Source: a virus
Taxonomy: Duplodnaviria; Heunggongvirae; Uroviricota; Caudoviricetes
DNA: 64,000 nt
IMG/VR virus record: IMGVR_UViG_3300012943_000028
Coordinates: 32,001-96,000 of that record
Direction: 5' to 3' (one strand)
Every line of letters starts with the position of its first letter. The stretch's first letter is position 1. Below the pieces are notes generated by a model. That model made no database searches. It saw only the letters and a list, made by a program, of their open reading frames with translations, and had not been told where the DNA came from. The translations under genes and the position numbers were made by a program. Below are positions 1-9,573 of this stretch, piece after piece.

Positions 1-733
1 GCTCGCCGTAGTTGCCAAGCGACTTCTCAATCGACTTGACGATGGTGACGATCCTGTTCGTCAGCGAGTACTGCTTGCCGCAGATTTCGATGCCTGGCGC
101 AGCCTCAGTTCCACCAGCCGCATTCATGATCTCGATGCGCTTCACGTGCTCAAGCTTCAGCAGCTGGTCAACGAGCGACGGGGTGTCGACGAGGGCAAGC
201 GTGGCACGCTCCTCGTTCGTGAACACGTGCTCACGACCCCACAAGTTCATCGTGCGGAGGGCCTCACCGAGTGATGTGTAGCGCTGTGTCTTCAGGCCGT
301 ACAGCTTCGACTGCGAGACGGCGTAGCCAACCATCTTCTTCACGTTGCTCGTGAGAAAGCCGTCAACGAGATCGTTCATGATCAGCTTCACCTGGATCAC
401 GCGTCCCTTTGGCAGCTCATCATTGAACTTGATGAGGTTCTGCTTTGCAGCAAAGGCCACCTCAAGGGCGTAGGTCTGACCGTCGAAGAAGTCATTGAAG
501 AACACCTGCAGTGGCAGGTACTCGGTCTCGGTCTCGCCGGCGGCCATGCGCTCACCTTGCCCAACACCTTCTGGCTTCTCCTTACGGTTCGTCACCTTCA
601 CGTTGAGTAGTAGATCGTCAAGCGACGGCAGACACACGGCCTTGTAGTCGAAGTCCGATGTTGCAGTTGCGTTGCCGTACAGGTGCGATCCAGTAAGGAT
701 CGTGAACAGGGTCGTTTCTTTCTTGGCCTTCAC
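1..733 (-). CDS. Pol-beta-family nucleotidyltransferase (T4 NrdC.11/RlaP-like), runs off the window edge
   Basis: Not in the ORF track. Manual translation from GTG at 733 gives MKAKKETTLFTILTGSHLYGNATATSDFDYKAVCLP, containing the GSxxYG...SDxD motif. The frame stays open toward position 1. Confidence 0.8.
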   Translation of the reverse strand, partial: MKAKKETTLFTILTGSHLYGNATATSDFDYKAVCLPSLDDLLLNVKVTNRKEKPEGVGQGERMAAGETETEYLPLQVFFNDFFDGQTYALEVAFAAKQNLIKFNDELPKGRVIQVKLIMNDLVDGFLTSNVKKMVGYAVSQSKLYGLKTQRYTSLGEALRTMNLWGREHVFTNEERATLALVDTPSLVDQLLKLEHVKRIEIMNAAGGTEAAPGIEICGKQYSLTNRIVTIVKSIEKSLGNYGE

Positions 734-734
734 T

Positions 735-1865
735 TCAAGCTCCGATAACATTTCTCATGGTGGCGATTCTCGCCGCCGTCATTGCCTTGCCGATCTCTGG
801 GCCGGCCAGGTGCATGAACTTGTCTGCCTTCACGCTCTGAGCAAAGCTCTTTGCGGTCGAGTACTGCTGCGCCTCGAATGGCCACTCCAGCCCGATCGAC
901 TCACCCAGCGCCATGATCTTGGTCAGATCGTTGGCAGCTGGAGAATCAGCATCAAAGCCACGCACTGAGTGCAGCAGCGCATGCAGGTGCTCGGCCGTCT
1001 GGCGACAGTCGTTCAGCTTGCGCATGGCCTGCGTCAGCTTCTTCGTGTACGCTGGGATCGCAGGAGATGCTTGACGCGCATTTCCAGCAACGACAGCCAC
1101 GAAGAAGGACGTCTGCGTGCCAGGCTCGGCCCGCTTCACAGCGTCAGCAAAGCGTAGCACATCATGCATGTCGTACAGGATCGTGCCAAACAGGTCATCC
1201 ATGAACTTCACGGTTGATCGGATGCCAGCACGATCATCGTGCATGAAACCCTGCCAGCGCCAAACGCCCAGCGCCATCAGGGCGCTGAAGAAGCGGGATG
1301 GCTGATCCGACTGCGAGAACATCTTCTCGATCTCAGCGTAGTAGCGCTCATCTGACAGAGCGTCCATCTCGCCAGACTTGACGATTGAACGTGCCAGCTC
1401 GATGGTGTCCTGAGCGACATCAAACTTCGGCCAGCGGGCATAGAAGCGGGCCAGGCGGATCACGCGCAGTGGGTCCTCCGCAAACGCCTCTGAGACGTGG
1501 CGCAGCAGACCCAGTTCCAGGTCCTGACGACCATTGAACGGGTCAACGATCTCGCCAGTATCAACGTCCTTTGCGATGGCGTTGATCGTCAGATCACGGC
1601 GACGCAGATCGTCCTCCAGCGTGACGCTCGGGTCGAACGTCGTCTCGAAGCCCAGGTAACCGGCACCAGTCTTGCGCTCCTTGCGGGCCAGAGCGTACTG
1701 GTCGCCGTTCTCATCCATGAACACTGGGAAGTCGGCACCCACCTTCTTGAAGCCACGAGCCAGCATGTCTGCCTCGCTAGCACCAACAACGACGTAATCG
1801 TGGTCAGAGCTGGGCATGCCCATCAGCTCGTCTCGAACTGCGCCTCCAACCAGATAAGTCTTCAT
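735..1865 (-). CDS. cca: tRNA nucleotidyltransferase (CCA-adding enzyme family)
   Basis: YLVGGAVRD..DHDYVVVG, EDDLRRRDLTINAIA, FAEDPLRVIRLARF motifs. Confidence 0.93.
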   Translation of the reverse strand: MKTYLVGGAVRDELMGMPSSDHDYVVVGASEADMLARGFKKVGADFPVFMDENGDQYALARKERKTGAGYLGFETTFDPSVTLEDDLRRRDLTINAIAKDVDTGEIVDPFNGRQDLELGLLRHVSEAFAEDPLRVIRLARFYARWPKFDVAQDTIELARSIVKSGEMDALSDERYYAEIEKMFSQSDQPSRFFSALMALGVWRWQGFMHDDRAGIRSTVKFMDDLFGTILYDMHDVLRFADAVKRAEPGTQTSFFVAVVAGNARQASPAIPAYTKKLTQAMRKLNDCRQTAEHLHALLHSVRGFDADSPAANDLTKIMALGESIGLEWPFEAQQYSTAKSFAQSVKADKFMHLAGPEIGKAMTAARIATMRNVIGA

Positions 1866-1921
1866 TTTACATAATCCCTAGGTGGGTCTTGTAGCCCATT
1901 CTAACCTAAACATCAACCAGG

Positions 1922-2272
1922 TTACATACGGTCTTTAACCATATGTCGTGCTACATCTTTACCCAGCTCTTGCCGCCAATCGATACATGCCTGGCATGTA
2001 CAATACGTGAGCTCGTTGTTGATGTGGAGGATCAAGGGCAGCGGACCAGGCTTCGCAAAGGCGTTCTGCTTCACGACGTTTTGGGCAAGCTGAGGAACCA
2101 CCTTCGTGTCACGCTTTCCAGTAAAACCTGGATAGTTGGGCCACACGTATTCCACCTGAACCCCCTTCGGGGTGAACGACTTGATCGTACCAGTGGTCAT
2201 TCCCTTGTAATACGGTGGGTTGAACGCCACCGTATCACCGATTTCCAGCTCCTGCCCAAAGACGTCTTTCAC
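1922..2272 (-). CDS. hypothetical protein (SH3/KOW-like N-terminus)
   Basis: KDVFGQELEIGDTVAF start, typical of small phage proteins; fits the packed minus-strand run. Confidence 0.6.
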   Translation of the reverse strand: MKDVFGQELEIGDTVAFNPPYYKGMTTGTIKSFTPKGVQVEYVWPNYPGFTGKRDTKVVPQLAQNVVKQNAFAKPGPLPLILHINNELTYCTCQACIDWRQELGKDVARHMVKDRM

Positions 2273-2274
2273 AG

Positions 2275-2985
2275 TTACAGCCCCTTCGTGGCGCCTGCAA
2301 CCAGCTTGCGGTTGACGGCCGAGAATGCCGTGTCAAGCACGGTGGCGGCAACGCGGGTGATCTTCAACAGCAGGTCAGACAGGAGCAGCGACACGATCAC
2401 GATCGGCCACTGGAACACCCAGATTGAGATGATGCCGACGTTTTCCTTGGCACGTGGGGTCAGGGCATCGACGATGGCGGATGGCTTCTCGAAGTCCACG
2501 TCTTCAGTGTAGATGTGCTTGCGTGAAGCTGAACCGTATTCGAGGTGCTCCTTGAAGTAGCCAACGAAGGCAATGCGCTTCTCGGTATCTGACAGCGGCT
2601 GGCTGGCGTCAACTTCTGGCTCATCACCACGACGCTTGATCGTGCGACGGTCGAGGTACTTGAAGAGCGGCTGTACGTCCTTGCCGAGCAGGATGTCAAA
2701 GCGCTTCTTGGCTTCCTTGATGGTGCGGATGTGGCGCATGCTGAAGGCAAGCCACTTGAGCAGAGCTGTCACGAGGCCGGCGGCGATGTAACCAGGAATG
2801 TACTTGGTCGTGATGGCGACCCAGCCCTCACTGGTGATGAAGTCCTTGATGTACGGCGTGAAGAAGTACGCACCGACGATAGTTGCGACCATGATGCCGA
2901 TCGACCAGTCGTAGCGGTCGTATGAGAAGACGATCACGTCGATGAGGAACAGAATTGCGATTACGACCAAAATTAGCACTGTCAT
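2275..2985 (-). CDS. hypothetical membrane protein
   Basis: Several hydrophobic segments; start moved to the ATG at 2985, behind AGGAG. Confidence 0.7.
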   Translation of the reverse strand: MTVLILVVIAILFLIDVIVFSYDRYDWSIGIMVATIVGAYFFTPYIKDFITSEGWVAITTKYIPGYIAAGLVTALLKWLAFSMRHIRTIKEAKKRFDILLGKDVQPLFKYLDRRTIKRRGDEPEVDASQPLSDTEKRIAFVGYFKEHLEYGSASRKHIYTEDVDFEKPSAIVDALTPRAKENVGIISIWVFQWPIVIVSLLLSDLLLKITRVAATVLDTAFSAVNRKLVAGATKGL

Positions 2986-2995
2986 CTGAGTTCTC

Positions 2996-3259
2996 CTAGC
3001 GTTGGTTCTTTCCGATTCGAACGATTTCCGAAGATGAAACGAGCTTTGCACCTGCTCCCAGCGCAACCATCTGCTGGTCAGAGGTGATGTCGTAGTGTGA
3101 CGCCACCCGGTGTTTGTGGAAGAAATGCGGCTTGATGCCAATTAGCGCTGCAAATTCATGCAGCTCCTTGAGGGTGTCTGCCACCATGTGCGAGTAAGTC
3201 TTGCGTGGTTTCTTGCTTCCAGCTTTGGTCCACGTTGGGGCGTCGACGTAGACGGTCAT
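2996..3259 (-). CDS. DUF4031-like protein
   Basis: MTVYVD...SHMVADTLKELHEFAALIG...HYDIT pattern. Confidence 0.8.
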   Translation of the reverse strand: MTVYVDAPTWTKAGSKKPRKTYSHMVADTLKELHEFAALIGIKPHFFHKHRVASHYDITSDQQMVALGAGAKLVSSSEIVRIGKNQR

Positions 3260-3413
3260 TCGCAGACGTACTCAGTTGCCACAAACTGCCAGAACCCACG
3301 TACTTCCAGGAAGCGGTGGCCAGTCCCGGCTTCCTGCATGCAGTCCTTGCGATGCTGATCGACATAGCCGATCTTCTCATCGCCGTACCAGCATTCGTAC
3401 ATGCGTTCCACGA

Positions 3414-3974
3414 TTATTCCCAGTGAACGCCCTTGGAGACCACCGAGCCGACGATCTTGAGCGCAACCACCTTCAGACCAGGACGAAGCTTTGCGATGCG
3501 CTCTGCTTCGTCTCTCCATGAATTGTCGGTCGTGTGTACCTTCGGGTTGGTTCCGAACACGAGCTTGTCGCCAACGACGGTGGCCAGGATCACTCCCTTG
3601 CGGGCAACGCCATCTTCGACATTGCGTGCATACGAACGAACACCCTCGGGAATGTCGCCCAAGCGCATGTCCTTGATGGCGCCGACGGTCTGCACCACGG
3701 CCTTCTGCATGGCAAGGTCAGCCTCGGTCATGCCGGTCGTGTTGGCACGGAACTGCTGATGCGCCTTCGCCTCATTGAAGAGGACGTCATGGCGGTACGT
3801 GGTGCCGGAGAGAGTGTAGTAGTGGCCGCTCGGCGTGCGTGAGCCGTTGAGCTGCTTCAGCCTGCCAGCTGAACCGCGAGTGGAGAACAGACCACCATTT
3901 CTGTCGAAGTAGTAGCCATCGAAGTGAAGGCGCAAGAGGCGCAGCGGGAAAAGGTACTGACCGTCGATCAACAT
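3414..3974 (-). CDS. hypothetical protein
   Basis: 186-aa ORF with GGAG RBS, downstream of a sigma70-like promoter. Confidence 0.7.
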   Translation of the reverse strand: MLIDGQYLFPLRLLRLHFDGYYFDRNGGLFSTRGSAGRLKQLNGSRTPSGHYYTLSGTTYRHDVLFNEAKAHQQFRANTTGMTEADLAMQKAVVQTVGAIKDMRLGDIPEGVRSYARNVEDGVARKGVILATVVGDKLVFGTNPKVHTTDNSWRDEAERIAKLRPGLKVVALKIVGSVVSKGVHWE

Positions 3975-4004
3975 CTCGGTTCTCCAACGATTGATTGTTG
4001 GAAG

Positions 4005-4033
4005 ATTATAACCAGCCGCTAACCATCAGTACA
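4005..4033 (-). promoter_or_regulatory. sigma70-like early promoter
   Basis: Minus strand TGTACT-N17-TATAAT. Confidence 0.6.
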
Positions 4034-4034
4034 C

Positions 4035-4460
4035 TTAGATAGCAACCTGTGTTTTTGCGGCGACAACTCGATTTCGAAGGTTTGTCGTGCTGAAGGCATG
4101 ATCTCGACGGTTGTAGTACGTCTTGATCCCGAGGTTGTCCATCTCAGCCTTTCCAGTGAAGTCCTTGTCGATGTAGTCGGCGCCGATGATGCGCACATCA
4201 ATCGGCAACGATCGGATGATCTCGAGAAGTTCAGCCTCTGTCTGATATGGAACGATCTCGTCGACAACTTTCTGCGCCTTGAGCTGGACGTAGCGCTCGA
4301 CGAGGCTCTGAACCGGCTTGTTCTTCGTTGGGCGATCGATGGTCGGGTCCGTCTGCAACCCAACGATCAAGTAATCGCACTGCGTCTTTGCTTCCTGCAG
4401 CATGAGGCAATGACCAGCATGCAGAAGGTCGAAGGCGCCAAATGTGATTCCACGTATCAT
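4035..4460 (-). CDS. cytidylyltransferase (glycerol-3-phosphate cytidylyltransferase/TagD-like)
   Basis: TFGAFDLLHAGH (HxGH), LIVGLQTD, FSTTNLR motifs. Confidence 0.9.
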   Translation of the reverse strand: MIRGITFGAFDLLHAGHCLMLQEAKTQCDYLIVGLQTDPTIDRPTKNKPVQSLVERYVQLKAQKVVDEIVPYQTEAELLEIIRSLPIDVRIIGADYIDKDFTGKAEMDNLGIKTYYNRRDHAFSTTNLRNRVVAAKTQVAI

Positions 4461-4471
4461 GTTTTCTCCAA

Positions 4472-5053
4472 TCAAATCAGCTTGAGTTCAATGAGGTGCA
4501 GCTGCAGCACGATGACCATCGCATATGCGATGGCGTGAGATTTCTTGAATGAGTAACCGTTCTCGTCCTTAGCGTAGAGAATCTTTCGTACCGATTCACG
4601 CTGCGCAGAGTAAAGCTTTGCGTACTGCTTCTTACCTGGGCGGATGATGGCGAGAACGTCAGCGAGCTCCTCAATGCTTTTCGGCTTGACGGTGTTGAGG
4701 ATGTCACCGTGCTTGGAAAGCTGAAAGAGCTTCTTCTGCTCGTCTGGAACCGTGAGCAGCCCCCAGTCAGGCTCCTTCTGCAGGAGCTGCTCGATCTCTT
4801 CGCGCGTCTCGAAGTTGTCGTACACGTGAAGGTGGAGGAAGTCAATCTTGGCGTAGCCAACGTCCTCAGCTAGATCGTATGGAATTGCTGCAAGCTGGGT
4901 AATTGGGTCAACCGGCATCTCTTGCGGGTGGACTCCACACGGGTGAGCTCGCAGCTCGCCATCTTTCACAAGTGACGCCCGCACCCACGGGAACAGCTTC
5001 GAAGGATCGAAGTCCGTGCGTAGGTCAATGTCGACGTCAGCGGAGAAGCTCAA
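4472..5053 (-). CDS. DnaE (DNA Pol III alpha)-like catalytic fragment, C-terminal half of a split core
   Basis: ADVDIDL, HPCGV, GYAKIDFLHL, LFQL, KPKSIEELADVLAIIRPG, YSFKKSHAIAYA match successive DnaE motifs. Confidence 0.85.
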   Translation of the reverse strand: MSFSADVDIDLRTDFDPSKLFPWVRASLVKDGELRAHPCGVHPQEMPVDPITQLAAIPYDLAEDVGYAKIDFLHLHVYDNFETREEIEQLLQKEPDWGLLTVPDEQKKLFQLSKHGDILNTVKPKSIEELADVLAIIRPGKKQYAKLYSAQRESVRKILYAKDENGYSFKKSHAIAYAMVIVLQLHLIELKLI

Positions 5054-5241
5054 TCAACCACCTCGAGATCGTTCGGTCCATTCAGCTCAGTGAAAATTCT
5101 GAGCCATGATGATGCTGACTCAGGGCCAGGCCAAGCGTATGCCTTCACTGGATCACTTGTGTAGTACGGACCACGGTGACTCGGGTCAGGCGTCTCCGTC
5201 GGGATTGTCAGATAGCCATGAGTCGGTGAGTAGATTCGCAT
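5050..5241 (-). CDS. hypothetical protein
   Basis: 63-aa ORF with RBS; stop overlaps the next start. Confidence 0.5.
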   Translation of the reverse strand: MRIYSPTHGYLTIPTETPDPSHRGPYYTSDPVKAYAWPGPESASSWLRIFTELNGPNDLEVVD

Positions 5242-5401
5242 TGTTCCTCTCTATCATGCTCTCAAGCATGTACGTACAGCCAGTGCAAGCATCGCAAATT
5301 CCAATGTGCTGCTGAAGCTCAGCTATGGACTTTGCTTTCGTCCTCTTCAAAATGTTGACAATGACGTTCTCAGGAATGTCATTGCATACGCAGATGATCA
5401 A
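5186..5401 (-). CDS. Bfd-like [2Fe-2S] ferredoxin
   Basis: From TTG at 5401: MIICVCNDI...GICDACTGC, the CxC...CxxC pattern of bacterioferritin-associated ferredoxin. Confidence 0.7.
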   Translation of the reverse strand: MIICVCNDIPENVIVNILKRTKAKSIAELQQHIGICDACTGCTYMLESMIERNNANLLTDSWLSDNPDGDA

Positions 5402-6189
5402 AGCCGTACCGCCTTCACGATCGTCTTGATGTTGTCGATTGTTGAGCGCTCTTGCTGGAAGCGCTGGCCCCAGTACGATGAGTTGACGACCGTGTTGAAG
5501 GCCTTCAGGTGTCCTCTGTCCATCTCCTTCAGGAACTTGCCGAACGACGGTGCACAGAACAACAACCACGGTGAAAGCCGGCGCTGACGTACCAGCTGGA
5601 TTACCTGCTGCTCACCAAGGTGCTTGAACACGCCAGCGATGTCAACACCGTCCTTGTCGCAGATGTCCATCAGGTAGTTGATTGATTCCTGCACCTGGTC
5701 GAGCGGGTCAGAAAGCTTGTCCATCCAGCCAAGGTAGACTGAGTAGCACTGTTCACGGCACCACAACACTGGAGAAATATCGGCCTCGACCATCAGCTCC
5801 ATGTACTTGTCAGGGCGTGAGATGTTCGCATCCATGACAAGCTGTGCAAAGTTGATGAACGAGCGGTAGAACTTTGACTCCATGAAGGCCGCAGCGCCTG
5901 GTGCGCTGTAGCGCTTCAGCTGCATCCAATCACGGTAGTAGCCGTAGGCTGCCTGACCAAGCGTGCTCTTGAACTCGAAATGTCTGCGCTTTTCTTCGCA
6001 CGTGTGCTTCATGTAGCGAGCTTCACTATGGAAGCGGTTGCTGCAGTAAGTGCACAACCAATTTCCACGCACGTTCGAAGCGTGCACCTCAGCATCGTCA
6101 ACTGGGACGCGTCGCTTTGCGATCTCCTCTTGGTTGAGAAGCTTTATCTCAAGGGGTTTGTCGGAGGTCGACTTCGATCTCTTCACCAT
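5398..6189 (-). CDS. hypothetical protein with C2H2-like zinc finger
   Basis: WLCTYCSNRFHSEARYMKHTC. Confidence 0.7.
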   Translation of the reverse strand: MVKRSKSTSDKPLEIKLLNQEEIAKRRVPVDDAEVHASNVRGNWLCTYCSNRFHSEARYMKHTCEEKRRHFEFKSTLGQAAYGYYRDWMQLKRYSAPGAAAFMESKFYRSFINFAQLVMDANISRPDKYMELMVEADISPVLWCREQCYSVYLGWMDKLSDPLDQVQESINYLMDICDKDGVDIAGVFKHLGEQQVIQLVRQRRLSPWLLFCAPSFGKFLKEMDRGHLKAFNTVVNSSYWGQRFQQERSTIDNIKTIVKAVRL

Positions 6190-6730
6190 GCCAACTCCAG
6201 CCTGGCTGCGTAGGTTCACCACGTTCCCTGAAGTCTGCAATGAACTTTCGAATGTAGTGCTCATCAATGTATGGGGTATTTACCGTTGCGTAGAGACCAA
6301 TCGCCACTCGCCCGTAGTCCTCAAGCTCGATGCTTGGGGCGACCTTCACAATGCCAGCCCGTATGACGAGCTCGTCCTTGACGTAGTCGCTACGAATCTG
6401 ATAACGCGCGTTCACAGTGTGAAACGATCCATCGGGCCACCGTCCCTCAGTTGGAAACTTAGCGTACGCATCGTCAAGAACGGCATCTTCAAGAGCGTTG
6501 TAGGCTTCGAAGTATGCCGTCACCATGGCCACGGCATAGTAGCGCTTGAGGCGGGAGTGGAAGAAACGAAAATCGATCCACTGCCAAGGATAGGCAGGAT
6601 CGTAGATGTGATCGCAGTAGAAGTCACCATTGTAGGCGCAGTTAGGGTAGCGGCGCATCAGGTTTTTGATCCTGATGTAGGCAGCCTTGCGCTCTTTGCG
6701 ATTACGTTCTGGACGGCGAGTTTTCATCAC
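6149..6730 (-). CDS. hypothetical protein
   Basis: 193-aa ORF immediately behind a promoter-like element. Confidence 0.65.
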   Translation of the reverse strand: MMKTRRPERNRKERKAAYIRIKNLMRRYPNCAYNGDFYCDHIYDPAYPWQWIDFRFFHSRLKRYYAVAMVTAYFEAYNALEDAVLDDAYAKFPTEGRWPDGSFHTVNARYQIRSDYVKDELVIRAGIVKVAPSIELEDYGRVAIGLYATVNTPYIDEHYIRKFIADFRERGEPTQPGWSWHGEEIEVDLRQTP

Positions 6731-6762
6731 CTGATTGTATCACTGCCAGGTTGAATTGAAAA

Positions 6763-7095
6763 CTACTCTCGACACATCTTCTCGATGAGAACGAGTGATT
6801 CCTCTGTTGGACGAAAGCGAGCGATCGGTGCGCCAATGTTGTCAGCAAAATGTGGGTCCAGCCGGTTGAGGTTGTGGAACAGCAGAAATGGGCTTCCCTT
6901 CCAGCCCTCATACACGAGCAGCTTCTTGCCCTCGTAGTTCGTGCAGCCTGGATACTCAACGAGCAGAACAAGGTATTTGCCGATCACCTGCTCCTTCAAA
7001 ATCTTGAAGTTGCCTGGGTTCGGGTTTGGCGCCACCGCAGCAGGCTCGCAGGGGTTTGTCCTGCAGCGACCGCCACCGAAAAGCGGCATGCCCAT
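6763..7095 (-). CDS. hypothetical phage protein
   Basis: NPNPGNF...YPGCTNYEGKKLLVY...LDPHF..PIARFRPT; coupled to upstream gene. Confidence 0.65.
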   Translation of the reverse strand: MGMPLFGGGRCRTNPCEPAAVAPNPNPGNFKILKEQVIGKYLVLLVEYPGCTNYEGKKLLVYEGWKGSPFLLFHNLNRLDPHFADNIGAPIARFRPTEESLVLIEKMCRE

Positions 7096-7430
7096 TACTT
7101 CCAGCCCTTGATGAGAGCTATCGCCTCTTCTTCAGAGAGCAGCTTCATCTCATACTTGCTGGAATTTTCAGCGATGTAGCCGTCAACAACGCTTGCGGCA
7201 TACCAGTGCAGGCCATATCGGCCCTTGAAACAGGAGTAGACGCTGCCGCTGTGGTTGGTAATGTTGAACGTGCGCTCAGCATCTTCTACTGAGACTATGC
7301 CAGAGCTGATCTTCCATGAAGCGCCTTCAAGGTAGCTTCCAGCCCAGCCAGCAGCGACCTTGTACAGCATCTCGCCATCTGGTGTCTTGATTGAAATGAT
7401 GGCCCATGTGTCGGGGCGGTATGTGCTCAT
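7095..7430 (-). CDS. hypothetical phage protein
   Basis: YRPDTW...YKVAAGWAGSYLEGASWKISSGI; ATGA overlap. Confidence 0.7.
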   Translation of the reverse strand: MSTYRPDTWAIISIKTPDGEMLYKVAAGWAGSYLEGASWKISSGIVSVEDAERTFNITNHSGSVYSCFKGRYGLHWYAASVVDGYIAENSSKYEMKLLSEEEAIALIKGWK

Positions 7431-7882
7431 GCGGCCTCCTTCTTCAGCTTGGAGATTTCATCTTTGTCCCAGCCAAGCTCTTCTGCCATTTTCATGATCT
7501 CAGCGTCTGAAGGAAGTGGGTTCAACAGCTTCGCTTCACGCTCAGACATCTCAAAGTACTCTTGGATAACCCGCAGAGCTCCCGAATTTTTCTTCTTGCT
7601 CTTGATACCCAACCAGTTGTAGCGCTTATTGGTTTTAGAATTTGCGGCCTGGAGTAGCATCATCAGGAGATGCGGGTGTTTTCCAAGTGTGAACACGTTC
7701 AAGTTCACGAATTCATTCAGCATCATTATCTGACGAGCATCTGAAGTCCCAGACGCCCAGCGCATCACAACGAGTGGAGCAAATCCCTTTCGCTCTTCAT
7801 CAGAAAGCTTTGAATAGATGTCACCTGCTTTAGGGTCATTGAGACGCCCAAGCAGGTCGAAGATGTCAAGCTTAAAACTCAT
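7427..7882 (-). CDS. probable clamp loader small subunit (T4 gp62-like)
   Basis: Size, LSDEERKGFAPLVVMRWAS and IQEYFEMSEREAK patterns; sits near the RFC gene. Confidence 0.65.
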   Translation of the reverse strand: MSFKLDIFDLLGRLNDPKAGDIYSKLSDEERKGFAPLVVMRWASGTSDARQIMMLNEFVNLNVFTLGKHPHLLMMLLQAANSKTNKRYNWLGIKSKKKNSGALRVIQEYFEMSEREAKLLNPLPSDAEIMKMAEELGWDKDEISKLKKEAA

Positions 7883-8093
7883 GCTTCAGCAGCTCTGAGA
7901 TGACTGCATTGTCGATCTCTTGAGCGATAATCCCTGCGTTTGCGGTGATGAATCGCGCGTATTGAATTTCTGGCGGGGCACCACGCTTGTGCTCCTTCTG
8001 GCAGCGTTTACACCATACCAGCTCGTTCTCTCCAGGGTATTCCTTGTCGAGAAAGGCAAAATTTGGCTTAAGCTCTTCAAGTGAGTGAGCCAT
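7872..8093 (-). CDS. hypothetical protein (CxxC)
   Basis: ORF in packed operon. Confidence 0.5.
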   Translation of the reverse strand: MAHSLEELKPNFAFLDKEYPGENELVWCKRCQKEHKRGAPPEIQYARFITANAGIIAQEIDNAVISELLKHEF

Positions 8094-8400
8094 GCTTTGG
8101 TAGCTCCACGTCTACGAAGCGGTCAACTGCCGCATAGAGAATCTTGCGCACACTTTCCGGGCTCATGCTCTCGGTGTCGATAGTCCATTCACCGGTGTCT
8201 GGGTCCATCTTTGCATAGATTTCACCGAAGCCACAACCCTTCCAGCCCCACTGCGCATAGATGTGGAAGCTCGTAAAGCCATGAACCGTTGGCGGGTTGT
8301 CTGCCATTGTCTTACGACGAGCGGCCTCACGCGCAGCGATGGCTTCCTGCTGCTCAGGTGTCAGAGGAATGCTTGGATCGTAGCGCTTAACCTGTGACAT
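8077..8400 (-). CDS. hypothetical protein
   Basis: ORF in packed operon. Confidence 0.55.
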   Translation of the reverse strand: MSQVKRYDPSIPLTPEQQEAIAAREAARRKTMADNPPTVHGFTSFHIYAQWGWKGCGFGEIYAKMDPDTGEWTIDTESMSPESVRKILYAAVDRFVDVELPKHGSLT

Positions 8401-8596
8401 ACAACGGCTTGAGGGTGTTTCCCTCTACCTCGAAGTCAAGAGTTGGACCACTCACGTTCGTTGGGTGGATGTAGAAGCGCACCTTGCCATCACGAACCTC
8501 GTGGCGGATGGAGCTGTCAATGTAGTTGACGTCCTTCTGCCATTCACCAGAATCGCCATGGTTCCAGCCTTTGCGGAAGTATTCTTCAAGAGTCAT
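8387..8596 (-). CDS. hypothetical protein
   Basis: MTLEEYFRKGW start just after the clamp loader stop. Confidence 0.5.
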   Translation of the reverse strand: MTLEEYFRKGWNHGDSGEWQKDVNYIDSSIRHEVRDGKVRFYIHPTNVSGPTLDFEVEGNTLKPLYVTG

Positions 8597-8597
8597 T

Positions 8598-9515
8598 CTA
8601 ACACCGTGAGAGTGAGATGAAGCAGGCAGCGAGGTTGATCTCAGTATCGGCAACCAGTGCATGCGAGCGGAGGTACTCGGCGATCGTGACGATTGCAGCC
8701 TCCTTGTCCTTCACCTTCAACTTCTCGATGTTCTGGTAGAGGAACGTGTAGATGTCTTCATGCTCTTCACGAGTAGCTGACTCGCACACGAGCTTGCGTG
8801 CAGCCTTGAAGTCGCCGGCCGTGATAGCATCAAGAAGACCGAACTTCCAATCAGACGCTGATGTTGCGCCTCGTGGCCGCTGGAGCGTGCCATCGACAAT
8901 GTTCTGCTGTATCAACTGTGTGATGGCACGGATAGAAGGATATCCAACAGTAACATAGTCGTCTATGAAGTCGATAACGACATCATCCACCTCAATCTTC
9001 TCTGCCTCAAGGATGTCCACCATGAGCGAGATGATCTTGTCCCGGTTTGGTGCCTTGAACGAGAAGCGCTGAAAGCGGTCCTTCAGCGGAGGAATGACCT
9101 TGTTCTCGTAGTTGCATGTAGCGATGTAGCGGCAGGTGGCAGACGTCTGCTCGATAAGGCTGCGCAGTAGGGCTTGACCATCAAGCGAGAGATAGTCGAA
9201 CTCTTCAAGCTGAACGACCTTGAACTTGCCAAGCGGCATGGTCATCGCAAAGGCGGTCACCTTGTTGCGCAGCGCATCAATCTTCTCGTCAGAGCAGTTG
9301 ATACGTAGAACGTCGGATCGATCGACGCCGAGGTCATTGAGAAGTGCTTTTGACACTGAGGTCTTGCCAGTGCCCTGAATACCCGAAAGCAGCAGGTGAG
9401 GAATGTCACCATCAGTAACGAACTTTTCGAACTGCTTCTGCTGGCGCTCATCCTGAAAGATGACGTCCTTGATTGACTTCGGACGATAGCGTTCAACCCA
9501 AATCGATGGTTTCAT
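8598..9515 (-). CDS. clamp loader large subunit (T4 gp44/RFC-like AAA+)
   Basis: WVERYRPKSI, PHLLLSGIQGTGKTS Walker A, LEEFDYLS..QALLR, TCNY. Confidence 0.95.
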   Translation of the reverse strand: MKPSIWVERYRPKSIKDVIFQDERQQKQFEKFVTDGDIPHLLLSGIQGTGKTSVSKALLNDLGVDRSDVLRINCSDEKIDALRNKVTAFAMTMPLGKFKVVQLEEFDYLSLDGQALLRSLIEQTSATCRYIATCNYENKVIPPLKDRFQRFSFKAPNRDKIISLMVDILEAEKIEVDDVVIDFIDDYVTVGYPSIRAITQLIQQNIVDGTLQRPRGATSASDWKFGLLDAITAGDFKAARKLVCESATREEHEDIYTFLYQNIEKLKVKDKEAAIVTIAEYLRSHALVADTEINLAACFISLSRC

Positions 9516-9573
9516 GGTGCTTCCTAAACGGGATAGCCTATTCTAACACGCCATATCGTGGCGTAAACAACGA